DNA of 64,000 nucleotides from positions 1,984,001-2,048,000 of the forward strand of contig CDLV01000005.1 of the NCBI GenBank assembly GCA_001244265.2. Reading direction: 5' to 3'. This document shows, piece after piece, positions 53,001 to 64,000 of this stretch; within the stretch, counting starts at the first letter, position 1; every line of letters begins with the position of its first letter. The notes beneath the pieces were generated by a model that saw only the letters and a list, made by a program, of their open reading frames with translations, did not search any database and was not told the origin of the DNA. The translations under genes were made by a program, and so were the position numbers. Source of the stretch: Microbotryum violaceum (lineage: Eukaryota).

Positions 53001-53922
53001 CGTCGTCAAATCAGCCAAAAATCTGACCATCCTCGGGGACGTCGCGAGGCGAGATCTCAACGTAGCCATAGGTAAGCAATTTCAAATCCGTCACTACCCT
53101 CTTTCGCTAGCCCTAATGAACCCTCCCCCTGTTCGACTCTTTCGAGCTCGGTAGAAAAAGCCGAGCTATCGGATATCGTCGACCCGGACGCGCAATGCAT
53201 TTTCGCCCTTGACCTTGCAGACGGTGACGAATCGATCGATCCGGAATTGGGAGGCGAGTCGCCGTCTTTGTTGAGTCCGTTGGATAATGATGAAGGGGCG
53301 ATCGACTTTACTTCATTCGTTAATCAGGTGAGTGTGGGTTGAGGTTCGTTTTGAGGTGATTTGATCTCAGTGCGTGTGATTGCTGATGAGAGACCTCTGG
53401 TGGGTGATTTAAAAAGACTCCATTGACGGTCTCGCCTAAACAACCTCTCGAATTCGTCATGCAATTGTTTCAACGCATGGGGTGAGTTCTTTTCCCATCC
53501 CAACACTCCTCCACCCAACTCACTAATAATAATAAAACCTCCGTCTTTTATTTTCTCGCAGTCCAAGAGCGATCCTCATCGAACGTGAAGGTCATCTAAC
53601 GGGTCTCATCACCGTTAAGGATTGTTTAAAAGTAGTGCTCGCGCATGAAGCAGCGCACGAAAGGAATAAAGATGAGAGGACCGATGATGAGTTGGAACAG
53701 ACGTTGGAGGAGGTGAAGTTGTGGTTTGGGGAAACGAAGGGGTGGATTGGGAATTGGGTATTGGGGAGGAAGCGAGGGAGAGGGGAGGGGAGAAGGGCGA
53801 GTAGGGTCAGGTTGCCTAGGGAGGTTGAGGAGGAGGAGGAAGAGGAGGAGGAGATGGCCGGGGAGGGAGAAGGGGAAGGAGAGGAGGACGATATCGGGAG
53901 TAAAGGGACGGGGATGAGATGA
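50026..53922 (+). CDS. GEF1: CLC chloride channel / Cl-/H+ antiporter, Gef1/ClC-3-like, with CBS domains
   Basis: [25 protein letters not shown] (gating Glu), GGVLFSLEE (proton Glu), GIFVPS, CBS-type GFPVV; many short introns. Confidence 0.9.
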
Positions 53923-54170
53923 TGTGGACAAAGTTTGTAGTTTCCTAGACAAACTAGACTATCGTAATCATCTTTCTGTGCATTCCCATCAGGAGGCCGT
54001 CAAGTCGTAAAATTCGGGCATTACCGTTCAATGGGTGTTCAATTCGGCTCAGAGCCTTGCACTGCTGAAGCGCCACCAGCGGCTCGCCTGGCTCGCTCTC
54101 CTCCCACATCCCTCTTCCTAATTATCTACAGTCGGTGAACTCCGGGCCCACTGTACAAAATCGTTTACCG

Positions 54171-55770
54171 ATGAGTGGTATCAACAACCCGTTTGCACCC
54201 ACCCCAGCTTCGGTCGTACAGTCTACCGCGAACCGCTTCCCGGACATCAGCAACGACCCAGCCTTTCAACCGCAACAACAGCAGCAGTCGCAGTATGGTC
54301 AACAGCAACAGGGGTACTATCCCCAGCAACAGCAAGCGCCGCAACAGCAGCAGCAACTAGGTTACTTGCAGACGCAACAAACGGGTTACGTGTCGCAGCC
54401 TCCTTCGGGCGGCGCTTACCCCACGTCATCGATGCCGGCTTCCCCATTCGGAGGGGCGTCATCCCAAGGCGCGTACAACAATCAAGCACAGGCGCAGTAC
54501 GGTGGATATCCTTCTCAGCAGCAACAGCCTCAACAGCAACAACAATACTCGTCCGCGCCCCCGGTCTCCTTCTCCGTCTCCGACCTCGACCCCTATTCCC
54601 ACCTCGGCACACTGCATCAATCCCAACTATCCCAACCACCTTCTTCCTATTCGTCACAACAACAGCAACAAGGGGGTATGATGGGTCAGGATGGGAGCCA
54701 GGCTTTGCCGAGCCATTTGGTTAACGTGCAACAGGTGCAGACTCATCCGAGGCAGTATGTGCAGGAGAATAAAGCTATAGTCAGTCCATCCGAATTTCGA
54801 AGCGGGATGACCGAAAAGACTAACCTAATTTCCCTCTCCGTGATAGTTGATGACATGGAATGACTCGGCTGTAAGCCTGTGTCGCAAAAAATCAACAAGG
54901 CGATCCCCGAGCTGACCTCTCATACTCGATCTCCGTGCAGTGGGCCCAACTCCTCGCTCGATTTGATGTACGTCAAGGATCGCAGCGGGTACCAACCCGC
55001 TCAAATGATCGGACACTGACTATTAGAGTGGTGTCGCTTGTGCTTACAGACATTGCGAGAGGCATGGGAGGCCCGAAAGTCGGCGGTCAAGCAAGTTGCC
55101 CTTCAAGGCGCGGACCCAAGCGCCGTCGAGAGACTGACCAAAGATGCGGATACCAATATTGGTGAGTTGAACATGCGGATCGTGTATATGAATGATTTAA
55201 CTGATAACCGTCATGCGAGTGCGATTGGGTAGATTCGATTCACGCTTCCAAGTTCCAACTCGCCGAAGTCAAGGATACGTGGCGACATTCCGCCGACGCT
55301 GCATCGCAAGTCCTCCCAAGGTCCCGTCTCACTCCGCACACCCTCATGCTAACACTTCGACCGAACACTCTACAGAAAAGCTCGTGTGCGTGAAGCGCTC
55401 AACGCAGGGCTCAACTCACTTCCAGGTAAGCGACCAGCGTACCGATCGGTTCGCGAAATCCGTTACTGACCCGTCCATCCGAACTGCAGAATACCCCGCG
55501 CCGTTATCACCCGAACAAGTCGGCGGTGCCTTTTACCGACGGGCCGCAGAAGAATACCGTAAACAAAATATTATGTCGGGGTATCAACAACCTCAAATGA
55601 CAGGACACCCTCAGCAACAAATGCAACCGCAGCAATATGGGATTCAAGCTCAGCCGACGGGGTATTATCCCCCTCAACAACAGCAACAACAAGGAGGGTA
55701 TTTGCAGACGCAACAGACTGGGTTTTATGGTGGAGGTGGTGGAGGGGGCTACCAACAAGGGTACTATTGA
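54171..55770 (+). CDS. Gln-rich hypothetical protein with NPF and LQTQQTG/AQPTG motifs
   Basis: MSGINNPF; repeated YLQTQQTG and QPTG; small helical core (HPRQYVQENK..W..) split over micro-exons. Confidence 0.7.
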
Positions 55771-56198
55771 TTGTGATGGTGTGGATTCGTACTGTGAGGA
55801 CGTGTTGTAATCTACAGAGGGGCGACCCTCTTGTCTCGTGGACGCAGCGACCCAGCAATACGGTGCCTCCAGGTGCCTCCCATGAGCAAAACGACGCGAC
55901 GGTGATGAAGCACGTTTTTGGACGCGTTTGATCTAGCGACAGAAAAGGACCGAGCTTTGGTTGGGTGCACAGACCCTTTCTCCCCTAATCGCGCAGGTGC
56001 GGATTCCCGTTGGTTTCGACGACGCGCGGCGCGGCGCAGCGCGAACGACGCGGTCATCGCGAACGGTTCTCATTCCGAGCTTGAATGGACGCCAACGATT
56101 CGCTGGACTCACGAAGGTTCGTTTCCTTCTCTTGCCTTCTAGTCACTTCTTTGTAGATCCTACCTTCCCAACTTCACCCGCCTGCTCCGCTCAGAAGT

Positions 56199-57094
56199 AT
56201 GGTCACTTCTCCCGCCCCTACACGAAGCCACTACCTTCCGACGCCCCTACCCCCCCTCGCGCTCCTGCCTCCTTTCCCCATCAACGCGCACGCGAACCGA
56301 CGTTCTTCTACCTCGACGACGCGTTCGAATAGGACCACATCCGCCTCCACGTCCAAATCCCGCTCGCCAACCCCTGACTTGTTGCCACGTTCAACGGATG
56401 TAATGATGACGTGCATCGACGGTCGAGCAAGACTCCTATTCCGTCACGCGACGGTCGCGAAAGGCGCCATCGGGCCAGTAGTCCGACTCGACTCGGCCGA
56501 AACGACGACGGCACGTGAGTTGGACGAACCGCACGGACCTATCAATCGCTTCTCGTGGTCGTCGTCAAGTTCGAGAACGACAACCGAGCCTTCGACTCGA
56601 TCTTCGAGTCGTTCACGTTCGACGACGGCGAGTGGTGATGATGAGAACGATCAAATCACGCCCAGGAAGCGAACGGATCTACATCCGAACGAGACGGGCC
56701 TCGATTTATCGTCCGATCCGATTTATTTCAGTCCGAGTCCGAGTCCGAGTGCGCAAAGTAGTAGGATCGGTAAAAAGGCAAGGGTCGCAAGGAGCATTTC
56801 GGAGTCGTTAATAGAGAGGCAGGAAGCGAAGGTTGGACCAAGAGTTGAAAGCTCTCATCCCTCTTCGTGAAGGCACAAAAACTGACCCCCTCCCCTTTTC
56901 CTGCTCCCTTTTTTCAAAAAGAGCTTCCACCTCGACTCCCGAAAATCCAAGATAGGGAACCCCTTTCCATCAACGAACAAGACCCTCTCCGACCTGTCCT
57001 TCCTGCTCTACCATTCGGATCGTTTACCGGAGGCTTGGTTGACGATGCTGGATGTTTTGGTCGAGGAGGGGAAGATGCATCTACAGGCTGCTGA
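56199..57094 (+). CDS. Hypothetical Ser/Thr/Pro-rich protein
   Basis: 223-aa ORF plus a downstream exon-like ORF. No recognisable domain. Confidence 0.45.
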
Positions 57095-57913
57095 GAGGGA
57101 GGAGGAAAAGCGAGGTACTGAGGATGGATTGGGTATTAGGACGCTGTAAGAATGTTGAAGGGGGGGGGGGGGGCATAAAGAATAATATGGGTGGAGGAAG
57201 CTGATGCCGACATGAGTACTACGGACGGGAGGAACGATGGCCGAGCGGAAAGAACCCCGCGAAACAGGTGTTTCGGAGCAGGAGAGTTAGGACACAGTTT
57301 TTTGGTGCATGGAAAAGTTTAGTTGGCACAATGTATAAGGCCGCCTCGATTGGGACTTGGTATCCGAAAAGTCTGCCGGCGCCAGAAGGAGCGTTCGGGT
57401 CCATTCGTCGATCCGAGTTTATCGAAACCTTGACGTCGAAGCGAGCTTTCGGTACCCGAGGCCAGTCTCGGGTCTGGTGTGCTGCATCAATGTTCAACTT
57501 TCAACGTTAAAATTGGCTCTACTACTCTTTCATGCCTCAGCGAGACACGACGCGACTGCACGAGCTGGCACCCGTCGAACGTCACTGCATTCTTGCTCGT
57601 TCGCCCCCCACCGCCGCATTTGCGTGTGCTTCTACAACCGGGTGTTCCATGTCGCAATCTGCTGGATCACAGTGGACCAGAATGCTTTTTGTCGGCGGTC
57701 TTTTCGGAAATTCGTTCACATGTGAAACCCCAACTCTGTCGTACGTCGGTCGGTCCTACGTCGTTAATCGAGCAAGCCGCCCGCCGAGTATGGCCCGAGA
57801 TGGAGGTCCGTGCGGGTCATCTTGGCCGCGTGAGATGCTTGGCGCGGGCTGTCCCGTCCGGTCCGGCTGCGCTCCTCTCCAACGCACCACCACCACACAC
57901 TCGCGACAGCAGC

Positions 57914-58396
57914 ATGAAGGGCGCACTCAAGTCGATCAAGCGAGGTAGGTCGTCTCGAATGTTTTGTACTTGCTTGTACTTTGTAGCTGAGCCGCTGCTG
58001 ATACACGCTTCCTGTTCCCTGCGGCGTCACCCCCCTTCACCGCCTGCGCCTGTCCACCACTCGCTCACCACCACCTACCACCGGTCTCGACCCGCACGAT
58101 CACTGTCCGGCTCGACATGGTATAGCTCCCCACCTGCTCACCTCCAAGGTGGGAATGACGACGAGTAAGTCGTGATGGACCGCAGGCTGGGAGGTCAGCG
58201 CCGCGCGTGGTCGTCGATGACGCTCCGAGCTTTCCGGCCCCTTCCGTGGGGGTTACTCGTCCGCCTCATCTCACCGGACACGCCGTGTTGACTCTTTCTA
58301 ATCACTCTCACAGAATCATCCGATGCTGAAACGGACGAGCTCGTGCGCAAGTTCACTGGTCTCGAGGGTAAGTCTCACTCGCAGGTGGTGCAGCCG

Positions 58397-58433
<37 letters not shown>

Positions 58434-60216
58434 TTGGAGCTGGAGCTGGATAGCAGCGCCGACTCAACCGCTGACGTCCACCGACTTGCTCTCGCATAGA
58501 ATACACGGCCAACTTATTGAAGGACACCACTACGTTCCGGGACAACATCTCGAGTTAGTTCCGCGCAACACCGAGTCCTCACACACAATTTTCATCTCGC
58601 TGACTCTCGTCCTCACACACGATGTTCATCTCGCTGATCCTCGTCCTCATCCCGTGGATCAGTCATGCTCACCTCCGGAGCCGGGTTTGCCACCGCATTC
58701 GCGACCTTGTTCCAACCCATCAACGACGAAGCCTCTCTGACGGTCAAGCACCCCGAAGCCGCCACGACCCTGCGCAACATCTCGAGCTACCAAGAGCTCA
58801 TGGCCGAACTGAGGGACACGATCCAGCCTGAACTCGAGTTGATTGACTCGAGGGTGATCGCGCCCCTGAGGGAGTACCAGGACTTGCTCAAGAAGATCCG
58901 CAAGACCATTACGAAGCGAGAACACAAGGTGCGTTGGCCCAGTCGAGGGTAGGTACAGCTGTTTGAACAACGGATCTGACCCTTGGACCGGCAACTCGAT
59001 GCACTAGCTCGTCGACTATGACCGCTTCAACAACTCGTACAAGAAGCAGTCTGACAAGAAGGAAAAGTCACTTTCGGACGAGAAGAACCTGTTCAAGCTC
59101 GAACAAGACCTCGAGCAAGCCACTCAGGAATACGAGCACTACAACGGGTGAGCAAGGGGAGCTCTGCCGCAGACGTGCCGAACCACGCTCATCCGCGAGC
59201 TCTGCCTTTTCATTTTCTTTCTACATAGCATGCTCAAGAATGATATCCCTCACTTTTTGAGGCTCACGACGGCTTTCATCTCGCCCATCTTCCAGACGTT
59301 TTACTTTATCAAAGTCGGTATTCTCTGTGAGTCGAATTGCCGCATACAACGAACGAGCCTAGACTCATCTGTCAGCCTTGCGACCGCCTCACAGATACGA
59401 TGCTGGACAAGATGCAATCCTGGGGTTCGCAACACTACGGCGACATGTCGATCCAGGGCATCGAGTCGATGCACTACGAGCGACTTGGTGACGCCGTGGA
59501 ACGACTTGAAGCACTGACCATCACCAAGCGCTACGTGGGAAGCGGTGCGTAGAGGAATTTGCTTCTGGCGTTGTCGAGCTCATGAGAGCTGAAGTATGTT
59601 CCCCGCCCTACAGCTCGCATGATGCAACAACACCGAGAAACCTCGGGATCCGATACCGCCTCGACTTACTCACGCACATTCCGAACCGGATCCGTCGCGC
59701 CATCGTCCTACGCTTCCAAGCCACCCGTTCGAGCCGGGTCGTACGGTACACCCAATGCGACGGCCGAGGATCCTGCTCCGCCTTATACCGCCGGAGGAGC
59801 GAGTAGCGTCGTAGCGGGTAAAAGGGCCGCGCCTCCACCACCTGCGCCGAAGAGACCGGGTGGACCGGCGGTCACTTATGTTACAGCGTTGTATGATTAT
59901 GCAGCTACGGTCAGTTCATTTCCTAGGCATTTGGACAGAGCTCACTCCGAGATCGTGATCGCTGACTCGAGTGAGGAGAGGATTGAATGATCATAGGCCG
60001 AAGGGGATCTTTCGTTCAGTGCGGGGGATCGTATCGAGTTGGTGACCAAGACCGCAAGCACAGAGGATTGGTGGACGGGTAAGGTCCATGGACAGCAAGG
60101 TGTCTTTCCTGGGTAAGTCGAATTTCTTGGGTCTCGGCATACGAAGAGAAGAGAGATGGCTGACATCCCCAATCCGACGATCTGGTCTTTCATGCAGTAA
60201 TTACGTCCAGCTTTGA
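57914..60216 (+). CDS. RVS167: N-BAR plus SH3 amphiphysin, Rvs167/Hob1-like
   Basis: MKGALKSIKR-APH amphipathic helix; IRKTITKREHKLVDYDR; SH3 ALYDY..EGDLSF..DWWTG..GVFPGNYV. Confidence 0.9.
58396..58432. repeat. (GAGCCC)n microsatellite in an RVS167 intron
   Basis: Directly visible. Confidence 0.85.
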
Positions 60217-60438
60217 GTCTAGGGCGTGCTCGAGTAGTCGTTGTCTTTGTTCAACTAGGGGAAATTTTGAGTCTTGGAACATTGTGTTTGAATCACCTAT
60301 CTAGATGGAAACGTGACCCGAGATACCAGTCCCACACGAACTCTCCGACGCTCTTTGAACCTCGAGGATCGTGAAAATCAACTCGTATTGCACAACAAAC
60401 CTTGGAAAGCAACCGCACGGGTCGGTGTACGGGTACAT

Positions 60439-61107
60439 CTACTGCGTCGTAACAGGACCATCGGGCTCGACGTACCTAGAATACGGTTCGAACGACGAGA
60501 TCAGCCATCGGTGCGGATCGAGATCGATCGCTCGATCGAACTTGAGCACTTACTTGATCGCAGGATTGGCCTCGAACTCGTCCTTGAGCGCATCGGGCAT
60601 CGTCGCGGCGAAACCTCGCATCGTTCTTGAACTGTACACGTGCTTGATCCTGAAAACGAACCAATTCGAATAAAGAATGAGCGCTCCGTTCGGACCCGAA
60701 CAAGCGCGCTCGCTCCAAGGAAGGACCCCGGTGAGCAAGTGGGGCACCGCCCGCCCCGCCCCACCCCCCGACTCGATTGGTTCATTGGAGATGTAGCATC
60801 GCCTAGTGAAGAAGACTGACTCTCCACCTTGATGTTCGACCCTCTTGGACAATTCGGAAATATGATCGTCGGTTGCGGTAGGGTGATCTTCCGGTTTCTT
60901 GAAGGCGACCTGTTGGGCGTAATCCCAAATTTGGAGGAAGCGTTGGTCCGATGACGACGATGACGACGGTTGGTTGATTCGATTGATTCGGGTTTCGGGC
61001 GGTGTGGATGGGTGATGAGCAAGGGCAGAAGAGGTTGGGGGGTCAGCATACATGGTGTAGGTACTCAGTCCAATCCTGAATCAGGTACTGACGATGTAAG
61101 CATTCAT
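60439..61107 (-). CDS. Peptidase inhibitor I9 (subtilisin propeptide-like; Pbi2/POIA-like), ~80 aa, 4 exons
   Basis: MNAYI-VAFKK..VEHQG-GRIKHVYSSRTMRGFAATM..K-YVEPDGPVTTQ*. Confidence 0.85.
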
Positions 61108-61409
61108 GATGGTGCTGTCTGAGGAGGGGGGGTGGAGGTGGGGTGCAAGGAGCAAATGAGTCGATTCAGCGCGCGCTCGACTGAGTCTGATCGGGCTGAC
61201 CGAATTTCGGGTTACAGATCGCTTGCTATTCGCTTCACTATTTACATCGGCGCACGAGAATTATGGCACCCTCAAGGTATCCATAAGGCTCCCATGCGGT
61301 ATACCACCTTGCTGCAGTGTGCGAGCAGCGGGACGATAGATCATGGTGTGGACCTACTGTAGAGGTATGAAGGCAATGTGGTACACGTAAGGTATCAATG
61401 AGGAGACCA

Positions 61410-62633
61410 GGTGGACGCTGCAGTAACGCTGGACCAGGTGCTGTAGGTACGTATAACTCTCTTCTTGCTCCCGTAGACTTATTACGCGCTTTGTGAAGCA
61501 ACACACTTGCAAACGCTAAGAACATAATTATACAAGTCTTAGAAGTCTAAGAAAATCCCGGGGTTATACAAGTCTGAGAAAACCCTTACACTGTGAGCCG
61601 TCCTCCGAATTGGACTCCATTTCCGGGACTGCGTCGTGATCGCTCCGTGGAACGTTCGTCAGTCCAAGTTCGGCATGTGGTCGACTGAGGGCGCCGCCAC
61701 TCACGGCTACTCGGCTTGCAAAGCTGAGCTTGTTGGCGGGATCATCGAGGACTCAGAACAGACCGCCTGCATCGTGTGGTCGCTGAGCCTGTTCTGGCCA
61801 CTGCAGCCGTGCGGATGTCGGAATGTCGCTTCATCCTGGATGTGACCATGTCGAAGAGGAACCTTGCACGCGCCAAGAAAGTCGCCAAGGGTGAGATCCT
61901 TAGTTCCCGGCGAGATGCATGGCATAATCGAATATGCTGACACTTGGCGACATTCTTGCAGTGGCGCGTACAAGGTTCCTCTTCGACATGGTCACATCCA
62001 AGTGGAAGCGATATTCCGGCATCCGCACGGCTGGCCAGAATACGCTCAGCGACCACACGATACAAGCGGTCTGTTCCGAAGTCGTCGATGATCCCGCCAA
62101 CAAGCTCAGCTTTGCAAGCCGAGTAGCCTTGAGTGGCGCCCTCAGTCGACCACATGCTGAACTTGGACTGGCGAACGATCCACGGAGAGAACACAGGACG
62201 CAGTCCAGGAGATGAGTTATAATTCGGGAAAGGCGAGGAAGAAGAAGAAGAAGAAGACGAAGACGAACAAAGAGTTGTGCAGTTCTGCCGGAGAGGAGAC
62301 GATGTCCGTGCGCGCTGTGACCACGAGCGAAAAGGGGACGGTGCGTCGAGCGGCCGCAAGTCCGACAACCGGGGAGATCATTAGATCGACGACAGTCCGC
62401 TACTTGCGATCTATGGAGATTGGTCTTGAGGTTTGGTGTGCAACCAAGTCTCGTGGCGTGACCGTCGTAGCGATCCTTGAGTAGCAGATCGAGGACGGCT
62501 CATGTAAGCAACGCGCTATCGAACAAGCTCAGTCTGGAGGATTCGACGTGCGCAAGGGGACGCGGGCGCGACTTGGGGTTGAAACGGAGTGGACCACCCA
62601 TCGGTGGGTTTTTTTCAAACTTGTATAACCCGG
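61410..62633. mobile_element. Foldback/palindromic repeat element, copy B (uninterrupted centre)
   Basis: Arms ~61600-61895 and ~61937-62230 are inverted repeats around a ~40-nt loop. Outer IR GGTTATACAAGT (61562) / ACTTGTATAACC (62619). Homologous to 1-2333 in opposite orientation. Confidence 0.8.
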
Positions 62634-62724
62634 ACTCCCGTAAATTGCCATACGGGCTCATAGGGCAAAGGCTCCCCCTTATGCTTTTCATAATCGGAAT
62701 TAGGTTAATCCCGCGAATAGCAGG

Positions 62725-62869
62725 GCACTTTGGTTCCGAAAATGGCAACTCTGGTCCCAATCGGAGGCGACTCTGGTCCCACATCGGAGGCGACTTTGGG
62801 ATCACATCGGAGCGGACTTTGGACATCCGAGGTCATTCTTGTACCACGTTCATGGGGACTTTGGTACCA
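62725..62869. repeat. Six spaced ACTYTGG-core repeats (~22-bp period)
   Basis: GCACTTTGGTTCC, GCAACTCTGGTCCC, GCGACTCTGGTCCC, GCGACTTTGGGATC, GGACTTTGGACA, GGACTTTGGTACC. Confidence 0.7.
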
Positions 62870-63397
62870 CATAGTATAGACGCCTGTATCTCTTGCAATG
62901 TGTGATGTATCACTTTGGGAACAGTAGTTTGATGCATGTATAGGTCTATAGTACTTCTGGCCGGTGAGACGAAGCGGACGAAGCAGTAGCTACTACATCG
63001 ATATTCTGCCCCGCCTGGCCTCTCCGCGCCCGTGGTGTCAGCGGTCCGGCGCCCGAACCGCCAAGGCCGACACTCCCGAACGTGATTGCGCCGACTCGGA
63101 TTAGACCAGAATTGGCACCGGTCCCTCGCTTCTCTCATCCATGAAGAACAATTCATAGAGATCGAACGAAGATACAGATTCTACTAAGTCACGCTTCGAC
63201 ATCGGAGGACTTTTGCTTGTATGATCATTGCAGTTGAACGATATTTAAACGTATTCACATGTAAAAACTTGGCTCGCTTTACCTCTCCTTTTCTTAGTGC
63301 AGCTGCTCAAAGTGAACAAACCAGTTGTCAGCTCTTTCTTGGTATGATGAAACACTAGACTGTACCTACTTCGAGCATGGATGACCTAGATCACACT

Positions 63398-64000
63398 TCA
63401 ACTTTCGGTCTCGACATTGCGAGCAAGCTTTCCGCCGACTGGAGCTCGGGTCACGCTTTCCGCTGCCGAATGACGCCGCTTGCTGGGAGTAACAACAGCG
63501 GAAGGGCTACTCTCTTGAGGAACCGCAGAGTACTTGCATTTCTTTGGTAGGTGTTCGATATCGCGCGTGGCGAATACTGGCGAAAATGAAGGAAAGGCGA
63601 GCGTTGGTCGGTTTAGGGGCGAATCGGATTGGTCCGATGCAAGACGAGTTCGTGCTGTCGACATGTTGTTTCCTTGTACAGATCCCACGTGTGACAAACC
63701 GCCAGGTTGTGGGTGCTGGATAATGACTGTGTCAGCAGAGGACGAAACATTTCTTGCAAGTCTCGACCCCTCGAAAGTTACGGATCTCGTAGACACAGGG
63801 GTGGAAACTAGAGCGGCGCAGACACGAAGAGAGGAAGGATCATTGAGTGACAATCTGGAATCAAGGGCACGAGCAAAGCCAAGAAGTTGCTTTTTCTGTC
63901 CTGGAACTTACTGTGATGTTGTGAGACTTCTTCCGCGTCGTCACTGCTGTAGCCTGCGCACGAAACAATGGCCGGGTGATGAGATCAGGGGTGAGTCATT
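63398..64000 (-). CDS. 3' exons of a hypothetical gene continuing beyond the window
   Basis: 151-aa Ser-rich ORF preceded by a GTAAGT..CAG intron (~63855-63911). Confidence 0.45.

Noticed and set aside
57160-57173. G14 homopolymer
   Set aside because: Simple repeat in 3'/intergenic DNA with no associated structure.
61580-61590. AAACCCTTACA matching the LTR terminus
   Set aside because: Only ~11 bp with no further LTR homology, although it sits near a deletion point in copy B.
62725-62869. CRISPR-like array (also considered for 580-665 and 4103-4150)
   Set aside because: Eukaryotic context, degenerate short repeats, no unique spacers and no cas genes.
1-64000. tRNA, rRNA or telomeric repeats
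   Set aside because: None recognised by eye; a tRNAscan-SE/Infernal run would be needed to exclude small RNAs.

Overview
Intron-rich eukaryotic DNA from a basidiomycete fungus. Short GT/GC-AG introns with CTRAY-like branch points and the gene content suggest Pucciniomycotina, possibly Microbotryum-like; this is an inference. The core (~5-61 kb) holds conserved genes: ALG1, SDO1/SBDS, PSR1-type HAD phosphatase, GH5 mannanase, SED5, an MFS-like transporter, a GYP5-like TBC RabGAP, UBR1, a GEF1-like CLC, an RVS167-like BAR-SH3 protein and an I9 protease inhibitor. Two families of secreted cysteine-rich proteins are interspersed: a pair of 8-Cys CFEM-like genes with matching intron positions (one frameshifted at a C8 run), and a three-copy tandem array of furin-like-repeat proteins in different states of decay. 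The block is bracketed by two oppositely oriented copies of a foldback (hairpin) element. The left copy carries the most unusual structure: a 1.5-kb insert made of two retrotransposon 3' ends (polypurine tract + LTR) in inverted orientation, flanked by a 5-bp target-site duplication. Its empty site and a solo LTR of the same family are both visible in the window. Gene models were spliced by eye, so exon boundaries are approximate.
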